A program made the position numbers and the translations under genes. Under the pieces are notes generated by a model that saw only the letters and a program-made list of their open reading frames with translations, searched no databases and was not told the DNA's origin. Positions 17,997 to 27,615 of a stretch of DNA of 64,000 bases are shown one piece after another (position 1 is the stretch's first letter; each line of letters starts with the position of its first letter). This stretch comes from Candidatus Hydrogenedentota bacterium (GTDB lineage: Bacteria; UBA8481; J006): NCBI GenBank assembly GCA_003697085.1, contig RFFU01000074.1, positions 82,600 through 146,599 on the forward strand, written 5' to 3'.

Positions 17997-19253
17997 TCAG
18001 GCGGCGCGGAGGATGACGATGTCCGGAACCTCGGCGAGAGAGATCGGTGCAATCGTTTCGGAATTCTTCCGCAGAACAACCGGTCGATACGGGAGGCGGG
18101 AATCCGCGGCGAGAACAACGGCGGTGGAGCCGTCCGAGAGGATGACATCGGAGCCGATCGGATAGAGACCGACGGCGCGGAGAAAGGCGGAGAGGATCGT
18201 TGGATCGAAGCGCTGTCCGCTTTCCGAAAGAATCTTCCGCATTGCCTCGTAGGGGCGAAGCGGCTTGCGGTGCGGCCGGGGGCTGGTGCGGCCGGCGAAA
18301 TAGTCGGCGACGGCGACGATCCGCGCGAAGACCGCGATGCCGTGACCTCGTTTTCCTCGCGGGTAGCCTTCTCCGTTCCAATGTTCGTGATGTTGGTAGG
18401 CGACAACCTCGGTCCAGAAAGCGGTTTCAGAGATCTGCGAAAGAATATCAGCGCCATGGAGAACGTGTTTTTGAATCTCGAGGCGTTCATTCAAGGGAAG
18501 ATGTTCGGCGCGCCGCCAGAGGCGCGGGCGGACTCGGATCATTCCGATATCGTGAAGGAGAGCAGCCTCGCAAAGGTCGCAAAGAGTTTTCTCGTCGTAC
18601 CCGAGTTCACAGCCGATCAGAACGCTGTAAAGCGCGGTGCGGAGGGCTTGATCAACGAGCTGATCGTCGTAGGAGCGCAGGACGAGCATCGCGGTGAAGA
18701 CGATCGGGTTTTCGGCTCCCGTGGAAACGAAATTCGAGATGAAATCGCGAAGCGAACAGAAATCGACCTGATTTCCTCCAGCGAAGCGGACGAACGCATC
18801 GCGGCAGACCTCGATGGCCTTTCGGCGGAGCGAGACGGCCTGGTACCAACAGCGGCGCAGGGTCTTCTCGTCTCGGGGGAGAGTCGGGATGCGTGAGCGG
18901 TGGTTTCGCACGACCGGTTCTTCTCCCACGCGAACCTTTTCGTCGATGCGGGAGGAGAGATTCCGAATCTCGGTCTCCGTGAAGGATCGAAGGCGAAGGA
19001 AGCGATGCCAATCGATGGGAGCGGGATCTCGTTCGATCGGATGCTCCGGATCGGCGAGGCGAAGGGCGGTGATTCCGTTGGAACGGAGGTGATGGAGACG
19101 GCGTTGTGTTAACACGGCTCCCGCGGGGAGAAGGATATTCCCCGAGGAATCGAAGACCGGTTCCGACAGGACGTCGCCGGGCTCGACCGAATCGATGGGA
19201 ACATTGTTTCGTATTCCGAGCACGCTCGCCCCTCCTCGAGGATCGATCCGCAA
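17997..19253 (-). CDS. HD-GYP domain phosphodiesterase (c-di-GMP hydrolase family)
   Basis: The HD motif reads LLHDIGM. The HHEHWNGEGYP block provides the GYP signature. The conserved VADYF region is also present. Confidence 0.85.
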   Translation of the reverse strand: MRIDPRGGASVLGIRNNVPIDSVEPGDVLSEPVFDSSGNILLPAGAVLTQRRLHHLRSNGITALRLADPEHPIERDPAPIDWHRFLRLRSFTETEIRNLSSRIDEKVRVGEEPVVRNHRSRIPTLPRDEKTLRRCWYQAVSLRRKAIEVCRDAFVRFAGGNQVDFCSLRDFISNFVSTGAENPIVFTAMLVLRSYDDQLVDQALRTALYSVLIGCELGYDEKTLCDLCEAALLHDIGMIRVRPRLWRRAEHLPLNERLEIQKHVLHGADILSQISETAFWTEVVAYQHHEHWNGEGYPRGKRGHGIAVFARIVAVADYFAGRTSPRPHRKPLRPYEAMRKILSESGQRFDPTILSAFLRAVGLYPIGSDVILSDGSTAVVLAADSRLPYRPVVLRKNSETIAPISLAEVPDIVILRAA

Positions 19254-19477
19254 TTTTCTCCTGCGGGTCGATAAAGAATTTATTGATGTGGATAATACTA
19301 TGTCAAGAAAAAATAAACAATATCAAGGGTGACGCGGGTATTTGAACCACGACATATAGGTGGCTATTTTTTATAAGTAGCCGTCCACGTAAGTGTCATA
19401 GGTGAAGTCAAGCGGTGGAATCTGATTTGGAGCCATTGCTTTCTTTTCGGACCAGTACTTTCTTCTCAAAGAGACAA

Positions 19478-22400
19478 TCAACGGATCACCATCAATTTTT
19501 TGATCATTCGCTCACCCGAGTCTGTTTCGATAACGATGAGATACATTCCGGAGGCAAGGGGCCGGCCGTCGTCGGAGCGGACATCCCAGTGGAGTCGTCC
19601 TTCGGCGGAATTCTTCTCGATACGGCTCACAATTTTTCCCGCGAGGTTGTAAACCGTGATGCGAGCCTGAGAAGTGAGGTTATCGAAGAGGACTCCCGAG
19701 GCGGGATCGGAGGAAGACCACGGGCGTCCGGTTCGATCGTTGTTATCGAAAGGGATATACGGGTTCGGATAAACAACGACATTATCGAGAGAGCCGGCGG
19801 CGTTGGTGGCGGCGAGGACGGCGAAGAGTGTGAAGTGCCGGATGGTCGCCGTCACCGTGTTGTGAACGGGATCGACGATCGAGGAGTTCTCTTTGATCCA
19901 GAGGTTTGAGCCTTCGTCGAAGTGATAGATGGCCAAGGCTGCTTCGAGGATATTCGAATCGCCGACTTGATCGTTCTCCGGATCCGTATCGGGGTACGGC
20001 AATGTCAGAGTCAAGGTTTTTTGAAACGAGCGTGCCCCATCCTCGCGGATCAACTTTCGAACAACCGCTTGAACGGGAACCGAGAGAGAGGTTCCCAAAG
20101 GTGCGGTGTCGGGGATATCAGCGAGAGAGATCATCCGAATCCAAACGGTGTCCGCAACGGCCCCGGAAGGAAGAGAAAGTATCGACGGGCCGAAATTTTC
20201 GACGAGAAGAATCGTTGCGGAGGAATCAGGAAAAATCCTTTGGCGCGTGGCGGGTTCTCCGGCCGTGGTGAGAAATCCATCGACGACGGAATCAGCGTTG
20301 GAGATGGAGACGAGAAGGGGGGCGGGGTTGGTATCGACCGTTCCGAAGAGATCGGTTCCGACGGCGCGCAACTCGTAAAGGCCATCGGGGAGTGAAGAGA
20401 CATCCCAGAGAAAACTCCAGAAGGGTCCCGTGGTGTCAGGATTGCTATTGTCGGGCGAGGAAGCCTTTACCCAGGTTCCATTGATCGGTCGGTATTCGAA
20501 ACGCACTTTGGTGATCGTATCCGAGAAACCTGCGCTGACGGAAACCGCGTTGCCGGAGAGGGAATAGGGAGCGAGGCCGGTTTCGGAGATCGTAACGAGC
20601 GAGGGCGATGTATCGAGCACGGTAACCGTCATCGAAAAAGAGTCGGAGTTTCCTTGCGCGTCGCGGAGGATCACGGAAAGGGAGGAGGTTCCTCCGGAAA
20701 CGGTGGTGTCGGTGACGAAGGTGAGGATCCAGGTCGTATCGGAATTCTTCGCCAGCGGGGTCGAAGCCCCCCCGCCCAGTGGAGTGAGGTCGATCAGAAT
20801 TTCAAAGACGCCGGTGGAATCCGTGGCGGAGACGGAGAAGGAAAGGGTGTTTGTTTCGCTGTTGGAAATGGAATTGGGAGAGACACGGCTGTCGAGGAGC
20901 AGCGGAGGGGTTGTATCGACGGCGGAGACAACGAAGAAACCGAAAACAGCGCTCGTATTGCCCGCGTTGTCTTCCGTGATAATCTCCCAGAACCAGGTAT
21001 CGGGTCGAAGGCGAACGAAGGTATCGGGTTTCAGAAAAACAGTATCAGCGGTCAAGGGGAGAGAGAAGGAGAGTTCGGTATCGATGAGAAGCCTATAATG
21101 TTTCAATCCGGAACCGGAATCGGCGGAAGGCGTCCAATCGAGGAAAGCGGGGGCGACGACGGTGGTCCCGCCCGTGGGGGTGAGAGGTTCAGGGAGCAAC
21201 GGAGGAAGAATGTCGGTTAAGAATCGCGAATCGCCGGCGACCGTCGTATTCCCACTCGCATCCGTTGCAATCACGCGCCAGAAGAATGTGTCGTTTGCAC
21301 CAGCGATCACGGTGACGTTCGTTTCCGCCAAGGTTGTGTCGATGGCGAACGGCGCGAAGAGGTCGGTGTCAACCAAAAGCCGGTAGGAGACGGAGGAGGA
21401 GTCGACCGCCTCGCTCCAGCGAAAGGTTATCTGAAGTTCACGAGTCTCCGCACCGTCGGAGGGAGAAAGGAGCAAGAAGGGACCGGGGGGGGTTGTGTCC
21501 GGCGGAAGCACGACAACGAAGCTTTCCGGCCCCTTTGTGTCGGTGTTGCCGGCCCCGTCGGTTACGATGACTCTCCAGAAATAGGTATCGGCCGCGAGAA
21601 GAAGTGTGGTGTCGGGCAGGGACTGAAAACCATCAAGGAGCGTCGATAATGGAGAAAAGGTGCCGACGGTATCCAATTGGAAGTGGTAAGTGAGGGAGGA
21701 GGAGAAGGAATCCGAGGCGGCGGACCATGTGAAGTCAACCGGGGAGAGCACGGATTCCCCGTTGGCAGGAGATGTGAGGGAGAGACCGGAGGGCGGGAGG
21801 GTATCGATGAGGAAGTACGAATCCCCCGCGGGAGTCGTGTTTCCGTTGATGTCCGTGGCGATCACCCGCCAGAGGTAAGAATCATTGGGGGAGAGTGTGA
21901 TGGTGAGGAACGTATCGGCGACCTTTGAATCGACGGCGTACGGAAACGACATATCGGTGTAGACGAGAACCGAATAGGAGACGGAATTAGAATCGAACGC
22001 ATCCGTCCAGCGAAGCGGGATCGTCGTCGCCGAGGTTTCCGTGCCATTTGTTGGAGCCGTCAGGGTGAAGGAATCGGGAGGGACGAGGTCGGCGGTTCCC
22101 ACGACGACGAAACTTTCCATAGTGGAGGCCGAAGTGTTCCCGGCGTCATCCACTGTAATAATCCTCCAAAACCACGTGTCCAGGGAAAGGGCGACGGTGG
22201 AGTCGACGGAGGTCTGAAAGCCGTCGAGAAAAGGGGCGAAAAAAAGGCCTGTGGTGTCGACCTGGAGTCGGTAGCCGGCAAGACCGGATGGTGTATCCGA
22301 AACCGCCGTCCATTGGAGCGGGACGGGAGAAAGAACAGAGGTACCCGCCGTGGGGGAAAGGAGGAGGGAGGACGGAGGAGGGAGGGTGTCGATGATCAAC

Positions 22401-25400
22401 AGAGAGGTGGTTGTCGTTGTGGTATTTCCGACGTTGTCGGAAACGAGAATTCTCCAGAAGAAGGTGTCGTTGGCGGCGAAGGTGAGGGTTCCCGTGGTAT
22501 TCCTCCCCGTGCTGGAATCATCGAGAAGGGAGAGGAAGGTTCCGGCGGTGTCGGTTTGGATACGATATTCCCCGACTCCCGTCAGAGTGTCACTTACGGC
22601 ATTCCAGGAGAAAACGAGTGAACGGGAGGAAGTTTCGGTCGGGTTGGTGGGGGTGACCACGCCGGGAGCCGGAGGCGGCTCCGTATCAACGATGATTCGG
22701 GAATCTCCGGAGGGCGTGGTGTTCCCGGCGTCATCGGCGGCGATCACCCGCCAATACCAGGTATCCGCCGCGGGGAAGACGAGGATTCCGGTTGTCGAGG
22801 AAGAGGTGGAGGAGTCGATCAGGTCGAGCGTGAAGACCGTGTCCCGGGCGGCCTGAAGCCGGTAGGTTACGACGGAAGAGATACTGTCAGCCGCGGCCGA
22901 CCACGTGAAGGTTATCGACGCGGACCGGGTTTCGAATTGGTCCGCGGGCAGAAGCGGTTTGGGAGCCGTCGGCGGTCCCGTATCGACGGTGAAAGAATCG
23001 AATGGTATCGGCCCCCCTGCGATATTTCCGAGGGAATCCGCCGCTTGAACCCGCCAGTAATAGACACCCTGGGGCAGCGGAGAAGCAAGAAGCGTTTGCG
23101 TGTCGGGAGGAGTGGTCGTTTCGGAAGCGAGAATCGTCGAGAAGGAAGACGAATCGGAAACAAGCAAGAGGTAGAAGGCCGTTCCGATACCGCCGTCCGA
23201 AGCACGGGACCAGGAAAAGGTCGGAGTCCGCGGGGCCAAGGCACCGCCGATCGGCGAGAGAGGAAGGACGGTATCCGGAGGCAAGGTGTCGGCGCGGAGA
23301 AGAATGAGCACGGAGTCGGAAGTTCCGGAGGTGTCATAGGCCGTGGCGACGACGATGGTGTCGGTTTTGTGCCGGAATTTGATGTGAAAGACGGCGGTGA
23401 AGGGCGAGGAAGCATCGGTTTGAAGCGGCGAATCGAAGGCTTGGGAAAAAGTAACCGAATCGGGATTCGGGGAGGTAAAGTCCACGGTGACCGTGAGTGT
23501 TTGTGTTTCGTTGGAGTACCAGACCGTGTCCCTACCGGTTGTTGTATCGAAGGACACCGGGGGGGAGATGCGGAGCGGCGTGTCGGAGGAAACGGTGAGG
23601 CTTGTGATGACCGGCGTCTCGACGACCGTCGCGGTGCTGCTGCTGTCTCCGGTCCATCGGATGTCGTCGAGATAAATGACCGCAGAGGCGGACGGATTGA
23701 CAAAGCGAAAGGATTGGACGAGGTGTCCCCAATCCATCGTCCCGTCCCCCCCGGCTCCGGAATTGATGGTGAAATCGCTTTTTCGGATTTGGAATCGCGT
23801 CCAAGAATCGGCTGTCGTGACGGTGACAATTTTCTCGGCGATATCGCCGGCCCCGAAGGTTCCATCGATCGCGCCGATCGTGAAACTGACCCCCGCGACA
23901 TTGGAACGTGCGAGGAATGTAAAGGTGTCGAAGGGATTCGCGTTCAGTGGGAAATCCTGGTCCTCCATCCAAACAACACCGAACCCTCCCCCCCCTCCGG
24001 ATTTCGTGTAGGTGATCTTCAGAGACATGTCACCCTCGCCGGCGGGGATATCATCGGCGAGCCGATCGATGGAGATGGCGTCCCCTCCGCCCGCCGCATA
24101 AGAAATCGGAGACTGGTGGCCGTCCCCGTAACGATTTCCATAGAGGATGAGGTCCCCGATCGTCAGAACTTCCGTGGGAGCGTTGCTCAATCCGGGTGCG
24201 GAGGCATCGATCGATACGGACTCGAGCTCCGTGTCCCACAGGGTCGTATAGGCGACTCCGCTTTCAAAAATGGGGGTCGACGTCCCAAGATGGACCGAGT
24301 TCGGGGACTGGGTGCCGTGTTCCGTGATGGTGATCGTGACATTTCCGGAATAAGAACGGTCAATTCTATTAGACGCGTCCAAGGCCCAGACTGAGACGAG
24401 GATCGTCTCTCCCGCCGCGGCAAAGTCCCGCGCCATGAGACGAAGATGCGTCGCCGCTGTGAAAACGGCGTAGGAATCACGAAAGGAGGACGTTACCGAA
24501 CGAGGGAAACGATTCGTACCGCTCGCATCAATGCCCACCACCCCGAACCACTCTTCCTGCATCCCATTGTCGGTGTACTGAGTATTCGTCCAGGAAACCG
24601 TATTGTCATGCGTCGAATTGTTTCCGGCTTTCCACCACTCATCGAGAAATTCGAAGGCCGTATGGGCTACAAGAATTCCTCCCGCGGAATCCTCGGCAAG
24701 ATTGGCGAAGATCTCATCGAGTTGCGGGTCGATTTCCGCTTTCTGCATCGCTTGGTCTTCGGAGGCGCTTCCCGTGTTGTAGGCATCGGCGCCGTGTTCC
24801 GAAATCCAAAAGGGCTTCGAAGAAAGCCCCGGATACGTGACCCAAAGCGTCGAGAATCCTCCCCCACGATAAATGTTGCCGCCCCAAATGTCCAGGTTGG
24901 TCATAGAGGCGTCGTCCGAGCCGACCCCCGGATCGCCCAGGTTCGCAATGTCACCGTTCGCGGATGCGACCGGATGAAAGGAATCCTCCGCTTTCAACTC
25001 GCCCGCGGCTTCGTTCAAAAGAGAATACCAACAACTCAAGGGATAACCGTCGTAGTTCTCTTCGTTTCCGAAACTCCAAAAGAGAAGTGCGGGATGCCCC
25101 TTGTGCTGTCGCATCATATTTCGGAGATGTTTCTTGAGAGTGGAGCGTGTCGAAGCATCACAGAAATCGGAACCCGCCGGCGGCAAGTAGTTCATTATGA
25201 CATAAAGTCCGTACGCCGAAGCAGAATCCATTACCAAATCCCGCGTTACGGGATGATAGGTTCGGATAACATCGGCATTGAACGATTTCAGCAACGGGAA
25301 GTCCACGGTATGCGTCCGTGTTCCGTCTTCTTCCCACGCATATCCGCCTCCTTCTCCCACCGGTGTCGAAGAATAGGCGAAACCATGAGCCGTGTAGGGA

Positions 25401-25543
25401 AGACCCTCAACGAGTAATTGGCGGCCGGCCGTGCTGACTTTCGTCGGACCGGCGAGACCGCTCGTTGAGAAAAAAACGGCAAGATTGAAGGAAAGAAGGA
25501 ATCGGAAGAGATGACGACCCCGAAATGCGGTGGATAGAATCAC
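19478..25543 (-). CDS. giant secreted multidomain protein (2021 aa): signal peptide, N-terminal clan GH-A (GH2-type TIM-barrel) glycosidase domain, about 10 tandem FN3/Ig-like ~90-aa repeats, and a C-terminal T9SS (FlgD-Ig-type) sorting domain
   Basis: N-terminal signal peptide. LLFWSFGNEENY (acid/base NE) and WISEHGADAYNTGS (GH2-type nucleophile context). Repeated modules end in TW/FWRVIA.D.AGN.S......F.VDT.PP. The C-terminus VVYPNPYIPFDN...ARITVYNLAGKIVSRI...GMYLIVIETDSGERMIKKLMVIR matches T9SS type-A CTDs. Confidence 0.9.
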   Translation of the reverse strand: MILSTAFRGRHLFRFLLSFNLAVFFSTSGLAGPTKVSTAGRQLLVEGLPYTAHGFAYSSTPVGEGGGYAWEEDGTRTHTVDFPLLKSFNADVIRTYHPVTRDLVMDSASAYGLYVIMNYLPPAGSDFCDASTRSTLKKHLRNMMRQHKGHPALLFWSFGNEENYDGYPLSCWYSLLNEAAGELKAEDSFHPVASANGDIANLGDPGVGSDDASMTNLDIWGGNIYRGGGFSTLWVTYPGLSSKPFWISEHGADAYNTGSASEDQAMQKAEIDPQLDEIFANLAEDSAGGILVAHTAFEFLDEWWKAGNNSTHDNTVSWTNTQYTDNGMQEEWFGVVGIDASGTNRFPRSVTSSFRDSYAVFTAATHLRLMARDFAAAGETILVSVWALDASNRIDRSYSGNVTITITEHGTQSPNSVHLGTSTPIFESGVAYTTLWDTELESVSIDASAPGLSNAPTEVLTIGDLILYGNRYGDGHQSPISYAAGGGDAISIDRLADDIPAGEGDMSLKITYTKSGGGGGFGVVWMEDQDFPLNANPFDTFTFLARSNVAGVSFTIGAIDGTFGAGDIAEKIVTVTTADSWTRFQIRKSDFTINSGAGGDGTMDWGHLVQSFRFVNPSASAVIYLDDIRWTGDSSSTATVVETPVITSLTVSSDTPLRISPPVSFDTTTGRDTVWYSNETQTLTVTVDFTSPNPDSVTFSQAFDSPLQTDASSPFTAVFHIKFRHKTDTIVVATAYDTSGTSDSVLILLRADTLPPDTVLPLSPIGGALAPRTPTFSWSRASDGGIGTAFYLLLVSDSSSFSTILASETTTPPDTQTLLASPLPQGVYYWRVQAADSLGNIAGGPIPFDSFTVDTGPPTAPKPLLPADQFETRSASITFTWSAAADSISSVVTYRLQAARDTVFTLDLIDSSTSSSTTGILVFPAADTWYWRVIAADDAGNTTPSGDSRIIVDTEPPPAPGVVTPTNPTETSSRSLVFSWNAVSDTLTGVGEYRIQTDTAGTFLSLLDDSSTGRNTTGTLTFAANDTFFWRILVSDNVGNTTTTTTSLLIIDTLPPPSSLLLSPTAGTSVLSPVPLQWTAVSDTPSGLAGYRLQVDTTGLFFAPFLDGFQTSVDSTVALSLDTWFWRIITVDDAGNTSASTMESFVVVGTADLVPPDSFTLTAPTNGTETSATTIPLRWTDAFDSNSVSYSVLVYTDMSFPYAVDSKVADTFLTITLSPNDSYLWRVIATDINGNTTPAGDSYFLIDTLPPSGLSLTSPANGESVLSPVDFTWSAASDSFSSSLTYHFQLDTVGTFSPLSTLLDGFQSLPDTTLLLAADTYFWRVIVTDGAGNTDTKGPESFVVVLPPDTTPPGPFLLLSPSDGAETRELQITFRWSEAVDSSSVSYRLLVDTDLFAPFAIDTTLAETNVTVIAGANDTFFWRVIATDASGNTTVAGDSRFLTDILPPLLPEPLTPTGGTTVVAPAFLDWTPSADSGSGLKHYRLLIDTELSFSLPLTADTVFLKPDTFVRLRPDTWFWEIITEDNAGNTSAVFGFFVVSAVDTTPPLLLDSRVSPNSISNSETNTLSFSVSATDSTGVFEILIDLTPLGGGASTPLAKNSDTTWILTFVTDTTVSGGTSSLSVILRDAQGNSDSFSMTVTVLDTSPSLVTISETGLAPYSLSGNAVSVSAGFSDTITKVRFEYRPINGTWVKASSPDNSNPDTTGPFWSFLWDVSSLPDGLYELRAVGTDLFGTVDTNPAPLLVSISNADSVVDGFLTTAGEPATRQRIFPDSSATILLVENFGPSILSLPSGAVADTVWIRMISLADIPDTAPLGTSLSVPVQAVVRKLIREDGARSFQKTLTLTLPYPDTDPENDQVGDSNILEAALAIYHFDEGSNLWIKENSSIVDPVHNTVTATIRHFTLFAVLAATNAAGSLDNVVVYPNPYIPFDNNDRTGRPWSSSDPASGVLFDNLTSQARITVYNLAGKIVSRIEKNSAEGRLHWDVRSDDGRPLASGMYLIVIETDSGERMIKKLMVIR
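21000..23650 (-). repeat. array of about 9-10 FN3-like ~90-aa protein repeats inside the 2021-aa gene (approximate bounds)
   Basis: Recurrent D.W(Y/F)WRV.A.D..GN.S (and similar) blocks with PP-terminated linkers are read in the translation. Confidence 0.6.
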
Positions 25544-25728
25544 GGGCGGGTGAACAATCTCAGGCTAGCGGTGCAGAGGCGATTCGGAGGAGGGAAAGGA
25601 CGCCGTTGAAGGCGGAGAGTCCTTCCCGTCCTTTCGCCATTAATTCTTTCGTGGTGACGGGCGGTCTTCCTCATATTTTCCTTCTCATCACTCCCCGACG
25701 CGCCGGCCAGGAATTCCCTCGAAAGAGG

Positions 25729-25752
25729 CGTGATATTGAACGTGATATTGAA
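25729..25752. promoter_or_regulatory. perfect tandem direct repeat 2 x CGTGATATTGAA, about 190 bp upstream of the giant minus-strand gene and about 600 bp upstream of msrAB
   Basis: cgtgatattgaacgtgatattgaa is seen directly. It sits in an 800-bp divergent intergenic region. Confidence 0.3.
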
Positions 25753-26353
25753 AAATGACGACTCATCTTTTCTGTAACAGACATGGAATATTATAGCAAA
25801 GGCGGCGCACCTATGCAACCGCTTGCACAATCGGCGTCGGTTTTCTTGAATTTGGTGTCTTGTGCCCTGCGAGCTCATCGTTCTTCCCCTCACCCCCCCC
25901 CCCTCTTTCCTCCTCCCTCCAGGTGGCTCACTGTGTACCTGCGCATTTCCCCCTTACATCTTTCCCTATTCCCCGGAGGTCTGTTCACCACAAGAGTTCA
26001 CAGAGAGCACGAAAGGCAAGGAAGGAGAAGGGAGGCAGCTTTTTCTCAAAGAAGGCTTTTCACCCATCAGGTGAAAATAAGGGTGAACTTCCCGTCTACC
26101 CCGTCTTCGCGTCAAATCCCGCCTCATTTCCGCTTTTTCTTTATTTCTTCTCTGTTTTCTTCTCTTGTGATCTCTCGTGTACTCTCGTGGTGAAATCTTC
26201 TTCGGGGATTCAGGTCTCCCTCGTCTTGAAAACGGATGGCGAAAGTGGTATTATTGGTTCGAATGGATGGGGGGGCGCGAAGGAGAAAGGAAAAATTTCG
26301 AATACCGGGAAGAGGCGGGAAGATTTCACAGGGCCGGAAGAAAGGAAAGGGAG

Positions 26354-27604
26354 ATGCACAAATCGCAAAACCGATGGATGGGACGGACTTTTCTTTCGGG
26401 TGCGTTTTTCCTTCTTCTTGTCGGAACGGTCTTTAGTCGTGGAGAGGCGGAAGCCGTGAAGGGAGACGCGGGAAAGGCGCCTTCGAGCGCCGATGCCGTG
26501 GAGCCCGAGACGGATTCCGATTCAGCGGAGGCGATCTTTGCCGGGGGGTGTTTCTGGTGCGTGGAAGCGGACTTCGAAAAATTGCCGGGAGTACGCGAGG
26601 CGATTTCAGGTTACACGGGAGGCAACGCTCCGAATCCGACTTACGAGCAGGTCTGTTCGGGAACGACGGGGCATTACGAGGCGGTGTTGGTGCGTTACGA
26701 TCCCGCGCGAGTCGGCTACAAGGAACTGGTCGAATATTTTCTAAAACACATCGACCCGACGGACGGAGGGGGGCAGTTTGCGGATCGAGGCGCTCAATAT
26801 CGACCGGCGATCTTTTACGGCACCGAGAGGGAGAAGGCCGAAGCGGAGGAGGCGCTGAACGCCCTGGCTCGTTCCGGCCTCTTTTCCGAACCTCCGGCCG
26901 TTGCGGTTCTTCCCGTAGCGCCGTTCTATCCCGCGGAGGAATATCACCAGGACTATTACAAGAAGAACCCGTTTCGATACCGGCGGTATCGGTATGGTTC
27001 AGGGCGGGAGGCGTTTCTCGAGAGTCAAGATTGGAGTCGCGTCAAATTCTCGGTGGAACGTGGGGGAGAAGAGAGGGAACGCGCCGGTGGACGGGAAGAA
27101 GCGGCGCGTGGAGAGGAGAAGCGGCGGCAGGGCCGAGCCGTTGGCGAATCGCGGGAGTGGTGGAGAAAGAAGCCGATTCCGCCGGACCAGGTGCTTCGGG
27201 AGCGCCTGACGCCGTTGCAGTACAAGGTCATTCGGAAGAACGGAACGGAGCCCCCCTTTCAGAACGAATACTGGAACCTCGATGCCGAAGGAATCTACGT
27301 GGATCGTGTTTCGGGCGAGCCGCTTTTCTCTTCACGCGACAAGTTTCATTCAGGGACGGGATGGCCGAGCTTCACGCGGCCTTTGGAGCCGCGGAACATC
27401 GTCGAACGAGAGGATCGAAGTCTTTTTCTGCGACGGACGGAGGTTCGGAGTCGATATGCCGACTCCCATCTCGGCCACGTCTTCCCGGACGGGCCGCCCC
27501 CGACCGGGTTACGTTACTGTATCAATTCGGCGGCTTTGCGATTCATTCCGAAGGATCGTCTGGCCGAACAGGGGTATGGGAAGTACCTAAAACTTTTCGA
27601 ATAG
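26354..27604 (+). CDS. msrAB: bifunctional peptide methionine sulfoxide reductase MsrA-MsrB fusion with an N-terminal signal peptide
   Basis: MsrA active site [11 protein letters not shown]...[15 protein letters not shown]. MsrB domain with RYCINSAAL and HLGHVFPDG after a Glu/Arg-rich linker. A hydrophobic leader follows the ATG at 26354. The ORF-track start at 26177 is probably too far upstream. Confidence 0.9.
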   Translation: MHKSQNRWMGRTFLSGAFFLLLVGTVFSRGEAEAVKGDAGKAPSSADAVEPETDSDSAEAIFAGGCFWCVEADFEKLPGVREAISGYTGGNAPNPTYEQVCSGTTGHYEAVLVRYDPARVGYKELVEYFLKHIDPTDGGGQFADRGAQYRPAIFYGTEREKAEAEEALNALARSGLFSEPPAVAVLPVAPFYPAEEYHQDYYKKNPFRYRRYRYGSGREAFLESQDWSRVKFSVERGGEERERAGGREEAARGEEKRRQGRAVGESREWWRKKPIPPDQVLRERLTPLQYKVIRKNGTEPPFQNEYWNLDAEGIYVDRVSGEPLFSSRDKFHSGTGWPSFTRPLEPRNIVEREDRSLFLRRTEVRSRYADSHLGHVFPDGPPPTGLRYCINSAALRFIPKDRLAEQGYGKYLKLFE

Positions 27605-27615
27605 GCCAGTTTCGG

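Noticed and set aside
15949-18381. 810-aa minus-strand ORF spanning the PiT transporter and FlaG-like region
   Set aside because: The translation is Arg/Pro/Ser-rich low complexity. It is antisense to the PiT permease with its duplicated GANDxxxxxG/STTH signatures and to the flavin reductase. This is a typical spurious long ORF in a GC-rich genome.
22912-24394. ORFs 22912..23901 (minus strand, alternative frame) and 22937..24394 (plus strand, 485 aa) inside the 2021-aa gene
   Set aside because: They are alternative or antisense frames within a continuous 6-kb ORF with a coherent domain structure. Their translations are Arg/Gly/Pro-rich.
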